Below are positions 35,758-48,388 of a stretch of 64,000 nt of DNA, piece by piece. Source of the stretch: Geosiphon pyriformis uo1 (Eukaryota > Fungi > Glomeromycota). The translations under genes were made by a program, and so were the position numbers. The notes beneath the pieces are model-generated. The model saw nothing but the letters and a program-made list of their open reading frames with translations. It was not told the origin of the DNA and did no database searches. How positions within the stretch are numbered: position 1 is the stretch's first letter; every line of letters begins with the position of its first letter. The stretch covers positions 124,001 through 188,000 of the forward strand of contig JAAOMT010000301.1 in assembly GCA_016748015.1 (NCBI GenBank). Reading direction: 5' to 3'.

Positions 35758-38600
35758 ATGTGCTAACTACTACTTTCTTATTAGTCTACTATTTTCTATA
35801 TTTGTTTTCTTTTTTGCAAGTAACAACAGTCAAATATTTCTTAAAACATATCTATTTATTATTATTTGTATTTTTAATCCTAAACTTTTAATGATCTTTA
35901 TTTACTTATTTATGAATGCTATTCAGATAAATATTTAACAAATCTTTAAACTACCCAAAACTATGATTGTTCTGTAATTAGTATTAAAATATCTAAATAT
36001 TAAATCAATCCTATAATTTATAACTGCAGTTAACAAGTTATTATTTACAAAAACATAATTAATAACTTTTTTTACTTTTCTAGAGTTGTTTTAGATAGAG
36101 ATTTTGACTAAAAGATACTTATTAAATAAATTAAGCAAACCCAAATCTAAGCAAAACTTAAAACTTGTGCTTTTTTTAAACCTATTTTCATTAAAATACT
36201 CACTCAAAACCACAAAAATACTGAATTTAACTGTTTTAATAATGAAAAAATTGATCTTTAATGTTTAACCAAATCTAATTTTAACAAAAGCACCAACATA
36301 TAAATCTAAAATCATAATTAAAAGTTTATTCTTAAACAAAAACTGCATTAAAATAATTTGATCAGAAATCTTTTCTATTTTTGAAATATATTAAGCCAAA
36401 AAACTATTTATAATAATTGCTATACTAGCACCAAAATTTTTTTGTTTAAACCAGATATTAAAATCTGAACTTCATTAAACTTATTCATAATTTATAACCT
36501 AATATTAGACTTTAATTTTGTCTTTATAATAATAAAAATCATATTGTCTGAATTTATATGCCAATAAACAATATTTTTCTACTTAATAGAGATATTAAGA
36601 GTCTTAATATTACATATAGCAATCTTTCAAACTAAATTAATTATTAAAAAAGATAAATACTAAGACTCAAACCAATATTATCTACTTTGGCCAACAGATC
36701 CAAAATCATATTTAACAAACTGTTTATGTTTGCTTTTAATTTAACAATATTTAATAATAATGAAAAATCTTTTATTATTATAGTCTTACTGTTAATAATT
36801 ATATTTAAACTTTCACTTATTACTATATTTATTTCTTAATTCTACAATAAAAAAGTCATCAACAGTTAATATTTAGAACATAACTGGAAAATTATTAGTT
36901 TAATTGTATTTAATCTCTTTTTTAACTTATTAATTTGTTTTATAAGATTAGCAAAACTGCATTTTAAAACTGTAAATCTATTATTAATATTCAATATAAC
37001 CAGTAAAGAAACTTTATTATCAAAAAAAACCAATTTCTAACAAATTATCTTGTTTAAAAAAAGAGAAAAATAAAAAACTACCAACAACTTGTGCTCATAA
37101 CTTATTACCAAAAAAAACCAAATATACAATAGATGCTTGTTTTTTCTTATATATATTGGCCAATTACTTTTAATCTTAAAAGATAACCAGCTTTTTATTA
37201 TAACTACTTGGATTTCTATTATTTAAGCACATATTAGAAACATAATTAAATAGTTTATATTAAACACAACAAGTTAAAAATAAATTAGTCCAATATAAAC
37301 TCATATTTTTGAAAACCAAAGTATAATTAATAACAATTGTTTTTGAAGCTTTATTAGTAAAACAAACAACAGTATATTTGTTCTGCTCATATATAACTGA
37401 ATTATGACCAATAAAACAAATTTTTTAATTATAAGACATCAATAGATCAAAAAAATTATAAGTACTTGTATTAATTAATAGCATATACAATAATATTTAA
37501 CAATAATCTTTAAATATCTATATTTGTTTATTTTTAACAGCCTTAACCACACAAATAAAATTTTTTTTTATGAGTACTAATTATTTAATTGCAAGTAAAT
37601 TAGCAATTTTAGCAGATTTAAACTTAATTAGTATCTTTTGTTAAAGACTAATAAACTGTATTCTAATAAAAACAACTTTACTAAATTTAAAAATAGCCAA
37701 TCTATAGCCAATTTAAGAAAATTAACTGGAATTTCCTTGATAATCACTTTTTAATTTATATAACTATTTATTTTTCTAATATTATTATTAATAAAAATTT
37801 TCTTATTAATAATTAACTCTTTAGTCTTATTTAAATTCAATTTAAAAATAAATAATAATTTAATAATACTAAGAAATTTTGAAAAAATAAACACTTTTCT
37901 AAAGTTATTAACACAATAAAAAATTTTATTATTGTCATTAACTTATTATCAAAAGTTTTTTCAAATATAACAGAAAACTTAATATCTAATACAAAAAATT
38001 TGATTAAATCGAAATTCTGTTTTTTTAATATATATAATTTGACTAATAACAATTATTAAAAGTTAACAAATTTAAGAAATAAGAGTAACAAAATGTTTTT
38101 ATTATTACTTAATTTATTAAAAAAAATTTTTTTCAACAGATAATCTAAAATATATATTATAATATATGCTTTCTTAAATGTAGCTCTGTTTATGTTTTTA
38201 TTAATTTCTAAAATATTTAACTTAATATAATTAATTTTTTAATGACTATATTTTTTATGTTTTTTATGTTTGAGATTTCACTAATACTACTTGTTTTGCT
38301 GACAACTTTGCTATTCCAAGATTTAACAAACTTAATGTTAACAACTCTTAAATTAGTAAAACTTAAAAGATTAGCAGAAGTGTTAACCAAATTACTATTA
38401 GTGTTAGATTTTTTTGGCTTTTTATAAAAGACATTATAAGAATATATACTTTTAACACATTTTTTCTTTGTGTCAAAATGAGTTTTTAACTCAATTGAAC
38501 CAAAAACAGAATTATTTACAGAAAAACTTAATAGTTCTATTATTATAAATAAAAGTTTTTTGTTTTTGTAATTTATTTTTAATATATTAAAATATTTTTA
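35758..38600 (-). mobile_element. Eroded LINE 5' half (ORF1 + APE)
   Basis: Reverse complement aligns with ORF1/APE of copies 2 and 3 (e.g. FVLDIKF ~ FALDIDL; ORF1-ORF2 junction ~36640). May be the 5' partner of 29437-30100. Confidence 0.75.
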
Positions 38601-38788
38601 AAGATATTCTTAATAAAATTTAATTTTTTCTTAAAATAAAAATTTTTATTGTAATTAAATTAATATAATTTTACCAAATTTGAATTTTTTTTTTAAATAC
38701 ATTTATAAAATTTTTCTTAATAATCTTAATTTATTTTAAAGTTTAAAAAAGTTTTATTTTTATTATTTGTTTTATAATTATTATCAAC

Positions 38789-38792
<4 letters not shown>

Positions 38793-38832
<40 letters not shown>

Positions 38833-41106
38833 TTATGTTTTAACAAAGTATGCCCAAACACTATCTAATACTATGTGCCACTAAGAGATTACAAATTAGA
38901 CATGAATCACACATTTTCTACATGTGACAAACCACTTGAATTAGTCAAGGCACTAACTAAGCTGAAACAATAGGAGGTGGGAATAATCTTAATCCATGAA
39001 TTTTTTCAATAACACTATTCAGATTCCTAGAATCAAAAATAAACTCATTAAGAAATAATCTAGTAGATTCAACACTACCTCTAACCTTAGCACCCGACAT
39101 CCACCACAAAGCTAAAACACATTCAACAGTGTTTTCACTCAAGAGAAAAGGTTTGGCAGTCTGCATATCATCATAATCCATGTCACTAAAGTCAACTTCA
39201 GATCTAAAACAAGCAATGTTCTTAGACACACCAACCAAAAGATTGGCAAAATTGTTAAAAGCATATTTTATAGAAAAGAAATTTTTTTCAATCTGAACAG
39301 TTTTAATAGCATTATCATTAAGGAGATGAGATATCAAGGCAATCAAAGAGCCAATAGACTCAACAATAGACTCTATTAAAGCAGCCAAAATCAAAATTTG
39401 CTTTTCCAAAGAGTTCAATCTGGACCCAATAGCAAGATCAACAACAGCCACAGGAGAGGCAGAAGCCACCAAAGAAAGAAATTCAAACATAACAGGGGGA
39501 GCAGACGCCTTAGCATAAGACAAAAAACCAACAAAACAAGATTTGAACACCTTGGAAGTCTTAGGAAAGGGAGGTGAAGCAACCTCACAGTCTATAGCCA
39601 AGTGACCTATTTTTTAACACCAAAAACAATGCTGACAATTAGGAGTCTCCCACCAGATATGGCACTTTCTAAGCATACCAGTTTTGGCAACAACAAGATC
39701 TAAATCAGCTTGGGAGCCAAATATAACTAGAATAAAGCAGAGACAACAACCAGAATCAGGAGACTGAGGAATAAAACAAGTCTGGCCACCAATCTGAGAA
39801 ATCATATTACTGATTTCAAAGGCAGTACAGCCAGGAGGAAGGTTGACCAACTTGGCCTTAAACTTATTATGAGACAAAATAGTTTCATTTTGATTCACCA
39901 AGGAAAAAATTCTAACACTATCCTTGCCCACCAATACTGACCAATGATTCAAAACAGATACAGCAGAGTCCAACTTTTCAAAATAAACTACCACATACTG
40001 TCAAACACCAACAGGCTTCAGCACAATACAAGTGACACTACCAAACACACTAAAAACTGTCTTAATATTAGCAGCAGACACACCTAAGGGCACATTGTGC
40101 AGCACAACAGCAGCAGAAAAAAAACCAGACTCAGAAATTACCAAAAACTTGGCAATTTTGAAGGTGGCCAAATGTACAGAGCTTGTAAGCTCAACTAAGA
40201 ATGCAGCTTCCAAAGACATTTGAGAAGCAAACTCCACACAAAACAGCTTTACATTGTCTTTTGATACTGACTTTGCATCCAAAAAACCATGTACTAACTA
40301 AAAAACAGCCTTAATATAAGCTAATTTGATCTTAAAAGTAGCACCAGACATCAGAGTAGAGGCCATCCACCCAGTAAATCTTTAATAACTAGTAATAGTT
40401 TTCCAAGTACCATCAGAAGTAGTACCAGAAACTAGAGAAGAAGATGATTCAGTTTCTATTTAATCAGCCCAGTTTCCAAGAACAGATGACCTGATAGGAG
40501 GAGATTGTTTTGCTTCTAAAACCAGCAATGATCTACTGGAAGACACCATATTTGACAATACAGCCAGTAGTTGATCTTGGCCCATCTTGAACAACATGCC
40601 AAATGATGTTATAGAGATCTCATCTAAGATCTCATTGAAAACCACAAAAGAGTTCGGTATAACAATAGCAGAAGCAAGTGACTGTCCTTACTTTTCTGAA
40701 CTTTTGGTCTTTTTGACCATTTTTTTTGAAGAGGTGGTGCTAGAAACACCAGGTGTTGAATTTATAAAAGAGAAGACCAGCTTATTTACTGGTCTATTAT
40801 TAAAAACTTTTGGGCTCTTAGTTGAGGTGGAGGCAATACTGAAACTAACCCAAGTGTGTCTCTTTAAGAGAACTTTGACTGGTAAGAAACCAGCCAAAGA
40901 TGAAGAAGTTGCTTCAATGGCTACCAAAAGCAGCTTATTATGATTACTGGATAAAGGAAAGGCTTCTAAAATGTTCTGCCTAATTGCTTCTACAACAGAG
41001 AGAGCTCTTCTGGTTGAAATTTTATTAGATATCTCAGAACAGATATCAGGTGCAGCTTTTTTACTCTTTGCTCTAGTTGTGGTCATAAAATTAAGGAGAC
41101 AAAGAG
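38793..41106 (-). mobile_element. ORF1-only non-autonomous retroelement (HAL1-like), copy B
   Basis: Poly(T) 38791-38829; LINE-type 3' UTR 38830-38956; ORF colinear with copy A; 14-bp TSD TATTATCAACTATT (38779-92) / TATTATTAATTATT (41107-20). Confidence 0.9.
38957..41086 (-). pseudogene. ORF1-like protein, copy B
   Basis: MTTTRAKSKKAAPDIC... through ...RLFPPPIVSA*; fragments align with those of copy A. Confidence 0.85.
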
Positions 41107-42044
41107 TATTATTAATTATTAAAAAAATTTTTTTTTTAGTTAAATCAGTTTTTATATTTATAAACTGCTTAAAATTAATATTAGTTAAAAGTATTTTCAA
41201 AATTAAATCTGTTTTATTACTTAAATACTTAATATTTTCAATTATAGTTTTTGGTTTTTATGTAAAAATATTACTAATAAGACCATAAATAATTTTTTTT
41301 GCCAACTTTTTTTTAGTTATATTATTATTAATGGCAATTATTAAGTTCAATATAAAAAAATTATTGTTTTTAAAAACTGGTTTTTTTTGAAAAATTTAGA
41401 ATAAAAAAAAAGGTTTGTTTTTTTTATTAATTTATTATATATATTATAATTATTTGCAAATAAAAAAAAATATAAATTTAATTTAATGTTTTTATAATAT
41501 TTGCAAATTATTAAATACAGCAAAAAAATATTTTTATTTTATTATTAAATAATTTTTAATTTAATTATTAAAAACAAAATTAAATATACTATTTAATTTT
41601 TTTAAAAAACTTTATTTTTTATTTACACATAATTAATTTGTTTGTATATTTATTTTAAATACAAAACAAATCTATTTTATAAATATTTAAATAATTAACA
41701 TAAATTGGCTTTAATAAAATGTTTTTAATAAATTTATAATTCAAATTTAAAATAATTCATTAAATAAATCTAATGTTTTTGATTAAACAACTTTATAAAT
41801 TTCAACATAATTTTAAAAAAAATTTCTTACCATTGTATTCAGATTTTTATTTATATTATAATAAAAACCATTTTTCCTAAATAATTATATATATTTTTGA
41901 AATAAGCATAGACAATCTCTAACATATTCAAATACTGCAAGTTAAATTAGAATGAGATTTTCGGTCGGAGTATAACAATGTAGGAAAGAATAGTAATTAA
42001 GTCAAACAGCACAGCGAACAGCATCATGTGCCTTGAATTTATTA

Positions 42045-44834
42045 CTAAAGGAAAGGATTGTCCATGGGCTCTTTGGAAACTATTGGCGTGTCAGAGGTTT
42101 CTTGCGAGATCTACGTACAGAAAACGACTTTTAAATCATGGGGCATTGCATACAAACACAATGCAAAATACGTTCGAGGAATTTTATCTCACCTTATGCG
42201 TCTGTCTTCGTTTGGGTGTTACGGATTCCTTCGGCCGACCAACCACCCTGATCCTACCAGGCGCAAATTTCTGCTTCTCTGCTCGTGCCTTTATTTGCTC
42301 GTACCGAGTAATTGTGGTTTGGAGTATATTCTTCATATTGATATAACAAGGTAAAAGCGTGTGGTTATTGGATTCTGCGCACCAAAGGCCGCGAAAGCAT
42401 AATAAAGATCACAAACCTTTGTTTGCAGCATCGCCCTAGCGATTTTAACAACTCGATAAAGCTGGTCATACCTCATCGGAATATCGAAATCCTGTAAGCC
42501 GACGGATGCGTAGAACCCAGCACCGACGTAGGCCACCAGAATGATGCGGATGAAAAAATATGACGACAAAAAGCCTGGCATCAGAAGCTTCACAAAGGAG
42601 TTCAAGACCCGTTTGGAGACCATGCCGCCCCCAGTGGCAGCGATATCTTCGATAAGAGACCAGTGCATGTCCCGTAGAGTTTTTTGAACTCGCAGTGCAT
42701 CCGCGGTGATCTTGCGGTCGTTCTCTGCCTTCGACCCAGCTCGCTCACATAGTGAGAACTCACGCCCCCAGGGCAAATCGTTTGCGAGATCATGCTTCTG
42801 AGAAAGAAAATATTTAAGAACGTCGTCATGATAGAGAGAAAGACGTAGAAATTCCACATACCGTGAACATCCAATCTAGATGGTATCCCCCGGAATGGTC
42901 AGGTGTGTTTGTGTTATTTGCCCGGCGATCGCGTGAAGCACGAGATACCATCTCACCACTATTGTCCAAAGGAATGTTTCATTACCAAAGATGAAAGGGA
43001 CCGGAAAATCTAAGTTTAACCGGACTTACAAATGCTGGTCAACGACGCCATTGAAACAGGAAAAGATATGTGTTTTGACAAACACATCGATGTCTCGCTC
43101 AGTGTTATTCCGCTGAGGAATACCCATTGACAGCATTTCGCAGCTGTCAAATTAACCATGAAATGAGAATAATTAGAATGAATGTCTGCAAAAAATATCT
43201 AAACAAATTAACATACATGTGCTGAAGTAGCCCAAAAATATATCCAACATCATGATTTTGAGCATCGTCTTCCTCTGGAATGCCGACATCTGGTAATGTG
43301 TGGTCATCGTCGTCATCGTCGTTATCGAACAATCCCTGATTCCTGGTTGAGTCTTGAGAAGACTTTAACATCGTCCGGACTTCGCGCAGCGTTCCACGGA
43401 TTCCCTCGACCTTCGCCATCTCCCCAAGAACCCGAAGCTGGTTATTTGAGAGCTATGGATAGATGGTGTTAATACTATGTAATACCAATCAGTTTAATGA
43501 TCACATTCCCCTACCTTATCGAGTGCCTGCAAGGATCTTTCTACACTTGGCTCTAAGACCCTCCAATCATTCGCGTTGTTAGTGGCGTTTAGGAGGCTGG
43601 ATAACATGGTATCGAGCTCCGACTTTTCTGCCACTGAAAGGAAAGCTAGATCCGATGAATCTAATATCCGCCACGAGATCGCTCTATGGGACAAGGGAAA
43701 ATAAGACATTTTATCAAAGGACATGATAAAATGAATACTTACTTCAAGGGAGCGTCTTCACGATTAGCATCCAACAGTAGCTGATGTTCCCTGATGGCCT
43801 TTTGCAGCCAGAGGGGTAGCGGGCCGTCCAATTCCCAGTCGAATTTGTTGTTGTTTAAGATCCCTTCATTTGCGTTCAGGTCCAGGGAAGGTAGACTAGC
43901 AGATGGTACGCAAAACGATGAATGTGAATGAACTAAAAGTTCATCAGATTCTTAATATAGATGAATGACGTACGTCGTGGGAGGTGCAATCTCATCTTCG
44001 TCGTTTCTATGGTTGGCGTCATCCTCCCCGTCCTCAACGTTTTCCTCCTCCCCGCCTTTTATAATATCGTCATCATCCTCTCCGTCCTCAACGTTTTCCT
44101 CGTCGTTATCATCTCGCTTGCGCTTCCTTGACCACTGGAAAGAAAAAAATTAAAAAAAAAAAGGATCATAAAGGCGACTTAAATACCTACATTTTCATCA
44201 TTACTTTGATTGAATCCTTTAATAGTAGAAGTTCCACTGGCGATCACACCAACACCACGGTTCTGCGAATTCCCTGAAAAGAATTGAATGGTGTATCCAC
44301 CATTTATGTTGGGCAATTTACGTTGATTGTTCCAATCTTTAGCAGCTCGACGATCTGGACGAGGATTCTACCAAAACGGATCAATAAAAACTCCTATATT
44401 CCCACCCCATCCCATCCCACTAGGTCGACTTTAAGTCTTGAACGTCAGGGGATCTTGGAGAATCCTGGCGCCCCAGTGGGGCCAATGGCAGGTCGACTTA
44501 AAGTCTTGAACGTCAGGGGATCTTAGAGAATCCTGGGTCCTACCACTAGCTTCGTGGCTCATCTTAGAGACTTGAATGACAGGGGATCTTAGAGAATCCT
44601 GCCACGCCACCAATTCCTTAAAAACAGAAAATTTCTTGAACTCGCCTGGATATATCTATTAAGTAGTTGTTGTGCTCGTTCTTGCCTTTGACCTCCTTCA
44701 GTTTTAAGGATGTGCTTGAGGGATGAAATATAATAACCTATCTTGGTTTCAAAGGGTTGGTGATCGCATTCCTCCAAAAAGTCTATAATATTCCATGTGG
44801 AGGACTTGCGCTCAAAATATTTGCGTTCGGACAT
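42045..44834 (-). CDS. Multi-exon protein with C-terminal PD-(D/E)xK / restriction-endonuclease-like domain (CR-REase-like family)
   Basis: Hand-spliced 10-exon ORF from MSERKYFERK to MDNPFL* with no stops. C-terminal GEMVSRASRDRR..GYHLDWMF..GREFSLCERAG..K..D..RDM pattern; KRKR plus acidic linker. Intron 1 has a GC donor. Fold call is by motif inference. Confidence 0.7.
44422..44601 (-). repeat. Three 34-46-bp direct repeats with unique spacers in intron 1 of the REase-fold gene
   Basis: CAGGATTCTC(T/C)AAGATCCCCTG...TTCAAG at 44422-67, 44490-535 and 44568-601; spacers of 22 and 32 nt. Confidence 0.9.
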
Positions 44835-44889
44835 GTGAAGCTTGGGAAGAAACGTTTCAGGTAGTGAAATAGGAATAAAAGGGGAAGAA

Positions 44890-44895
44890 ACGCGT
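44890..44895. promoter_or_regulatory. ACGCGT (MCB-like) motif in divergent promoter
   Basis: Exact ACGCGT between ATG 44834 (-) and ATG 45030 (+). Confidence 0.3.
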
Positions 44896-45029
44896 TGTAT
44901 GAAATTTTTTTCACTTAATACCAAAAATAATATTTAATATTTTATTTGATTTGTGATCAGATTCGATGGTGATATACAAATATATTCACATCATTTTCAA
45001 ATTCCAAAATTTGGGGTGACCCTTCAACC

Positions 45030-46112
45030 ATGTTTCGTAATACTTTTCAGGTTGGGTGAAGTCAAAAATTTCCTCAAGTGTTAATTTTAAAAAGTTTAAT
45101 CTGAAATTGTATTATTAGTCGGGGTTTCTCTCTATTTTATACAGTATTGGGTAAGTTTCTTCTGCTCTTAACGAAAAGATTTCGGCCACTAATATCCACT
45201 CATTTCAGCATGAGGTGGAATAGTGAGCATTCTGACTTGTTTTTCAGTCAAGAAATTTAATTATATTCAAAGTAATACTCAAGTCTAAAAGAAAAATGTT
45301 ATTTGGGATTCTGAATCTTTTCACTTTGGTTCCATTTCCAACCTTTCCGAGTCGAGACACACATGATTTTTTAATCATTGAAAAGTCTGGGAAGGTTTGA
45401 ATAAGTGTCTTGAATTTACATGTAGAGAAAAAAATTATGTGATTTAAACTTTCAATTGGTTTTTCTAGCAACAAGCCTCTACAACTTTGGCATATCGAAA
45501 CGGATTCTAAACATGAACAAAATCATGTTACCCGCTTGACCGACGAAGACATTCATTCTTTAGTCATTGAAATAATGTCACCCAATGTTTCCACTACATA
45601 TATCACATGTCCAGCTCAACTTAATCGTACACTTGGGATCAAGTTACCAATCCTTGTGCTCATAGTGAAAAATTTGAAAAAATATTTTACATTTGAAGTG
45701 CAAATTTTGGATGATAAAAATGTGAAGCGGAGATTCAGAGCTTCTAACTTTCAGGTAAACAAGGACCTAAAAACTGAAATTATATATTTCTATTTTTTGG
45801 TGAATCTTAAAATCTTTTCTTTCAATCATGAAATTTTATCTTACTTTTAATTAGGCCGTCACAAGAGTCAAGCCTTACATTTGTACCATGCCAATGCGAC
45901 TTGATGATGATTGGAATCAGATCCAATTCAATCTTGCTGATTTCACGCGTCGTGCGTATAGTACGAATTACGTTGAAACTTTAAGAGTGCAAATCCATGC
46001 AAATTGTCGCCTCAGAAGAATTTATTTTGCTGATCGAGTTTATGCAGAAGAGGAATTGCCACCAGAGATGAAATTATGGTTGCCTGTTGATAGACAGGAT
46101 AGACAAGAATGA
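45030..46112 (+). CDS. CFAP20: Cilia- and flagella-associated protein 20 (BUG22/FAP20), 4 exons
   Basis: MFRNTFQ|[11 protein letters not shown]|[37 protein letters not shown]|..[35 protein letters not shown]. Confidence 0.97.
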
Positions 46113-46463
46113 TCATCTGATTCTTTGTGAAAACTTATATTTCAAGTAAAAGATCTACTTTTTAAAAGCTTTCATGCCGGTTTAGGTTTCATCGTTCTTA
46201 GTAGTTCAAGTCTTAGTATCTATCTACTTAAATTTTTATATTGATGTTGCACATAAGAGAAATATGTTGTGATAAATTCTTTTCACATTTATGATAAATT
46301 GATGAGAAATTTAATTCTACCGGGAGCGAGGATGAATTTACGGTTGGATGTTGGCGTTGTGCTCTCAGGTCTTTGTCACAAGCTGATAACTAAATAGAGG
46401 TCAAGATATTCGCTGAACTTTCAAGTTTTACCTGTGCTCCTAAGAATCCTACCAAAGTCCGAG

Positions 46464-48048
46464 ATGTTGATCAGAGAGTATCGAGTGGTTAATAATTGTA
46501 CCCGCGCCGAATATCAAGTAAACCACTTTCTGCATAAATTTTTTCCACTAAAGGCTGCATTCGTTAAATCATCCACCCTTCTGTTTTGCAGGTTGCACAG
46601 TTATACGCTGTAGCGGAAGCATCAAAAGCAGAAACCGGCGGTGGTGAAGGTGTAGAGGTAATCAAGAATGAACCTTATGAAAATGAAAGAGGCAAAGGAC
46701 AATATACCTATAAAATATATCATCTCTCCAGGTTTGTTCACAAACACGGAAATCAATAATAGAGCAATAATATTAATTTCTTGAACAGCAACTTTGGTGG
46801 ATTATAAGTTATCAAGCAATTTTACCTTTCCGATTAGGCAAAGTTGAGAACTATAAATATAACTAGGATCATTGGATATTACTCTGGATACCAAGATTTT
46901 ACTGGGATCGATTGATCAATTTTCAAAGGTTTAACTATCTTCTCTGTCTAAATCAATTTTATAGCAAGGTCCCCGCTTTCATTAGAGTTTTATTACCTAG
47001 TGGCGCCCTTGAAATATACGAAGAGGCATGGAATGCATATCCTCATTGTAAAACAGGTAAAATATCCTCTTATTAGAAATAGGCTATTTTCAAATCAAAG
47101 ATTCCTTTTAATATGATGTTATCTATTTCTCCCTCGTGCACCAGTCTTAACAGTAAGTAAATAGCTATTTTTTATAAATAAGCGATTCCCATCTCGGAAA
47201 AACGTAATAATGAATTTGTTTCTATCGACATTTTTTAGAATGGATACATGAAACAAGATTTCACATTGATCACGGAAACTATGCACGTTGATAATAGTCG
47301 TGGTGAAATTGAAAATGTAAATATTTTAATTTAACATTTCTATTGGCCTTGACTCAATTTTTTACCCTTTTATCTACTATCAAATAAACTATTTTTCAAA
47401 AGGCGCTAAACGTTCCTCCAGAAATTCTTGAAAAGCGTAAAGTTATCATTGTCGATGTGGCAAATGATCAGATTGATTCGAAGGATTATAAAAAAGAACA
47501 TGATCCAAAGTTGTATCATTCAGAAAAGACGCGCAGGGGCCCGCTAATTGATGATTGGATGGTAGTATGAATTATGAAATTCATGATTGCTTCTTTAATT
47601 GGCTAATATTTGCTATTTAATTTCAAAGCAAAGGGTCGAACCCATAATGACGTGTTATAAATTGGTTACCGTGGAATTTAAATGGTTCGGGCTTCAAAAT
47701 AAAATTGAGGCTTTTATCCAAAATGTAAGTATTATATCTTGGGAAATATCAAACGACTTTATTTTCTTGAATTTAATTTCTTTTTACATCATAATCCAAT
47801 CAAGGCGATGCAAAATTTGTTCACCAATTTTCACAGACAAGTTTTCTGTTGGACCGATAAATGGTTTGGAATGACAATGGAAGATATTAGAGCACTAGAA
47901 GACAAAACTAAGCAAGAGTTAGATGTGGTGGGTAAAAAATATTTTTTGAACTTTCATTTATTTTAAATATTCTAACCGCTTGACTTATTTTTAGTCTCGA
48001 ATTCAGCCATCTGATAAAAATGGGTATACAGTAGAAGATACGAACTGA
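46464..48048 (+). CDS. Class I phosphatidylinositol transfer protein (PITP alpha/beta-like), includes an 8-nt micro-exon
   Basis: [11 protein letters not shown]|[84 protein letters not shown]. Confidence 0.95.
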
Positions 48049-48388
48049 GAACATAAAGTGCTGTCGGGGAAATTATCAGTTAAAGTAATATATGATCGTA
48101 ATCTCAACATCCAAATATATAGTGATTATTTTTTAATAAACTTCTACGCTGGAAATTTCATTTTAAACAAGAAAATCTTAAAATATATGCAAATCAAGAA
48201 AAAACAAAACAGTTCAAAACGCTGTTTTGAAATTTTCAAAGATTTTGCTTAAATTATTATGGCACAATTTATGAAAGATGACAAGTGAAGATATTGTCTC
48301 TTTGTCTGTTTGTGCTATTAGGATATTAGAAAATTCAAGGAGCAATGTGGAAAAAAGAAAGTGGATCGATATAAAGGCTTAGGCCCTC

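Noticed and set aside
42026-42354. Plus-strand ORFs at 42026 and 42058
   Set aside because: Antisense to the last exons of the spliced minus-strand gene.
44422-44601. Bona fide CRISPR array
   Set aside because: Only three repeats of unequal length, unequal spacers, inside a spliceosomal intron, no cas genes; kept only as an unusual repeat array.
45152-45469. Intronic snoRNA in the long CFAP20 intron 2
   Set aside because: Small hairpins and a CTGA are present, but there is no convincing box C or H/ACA arrangement.
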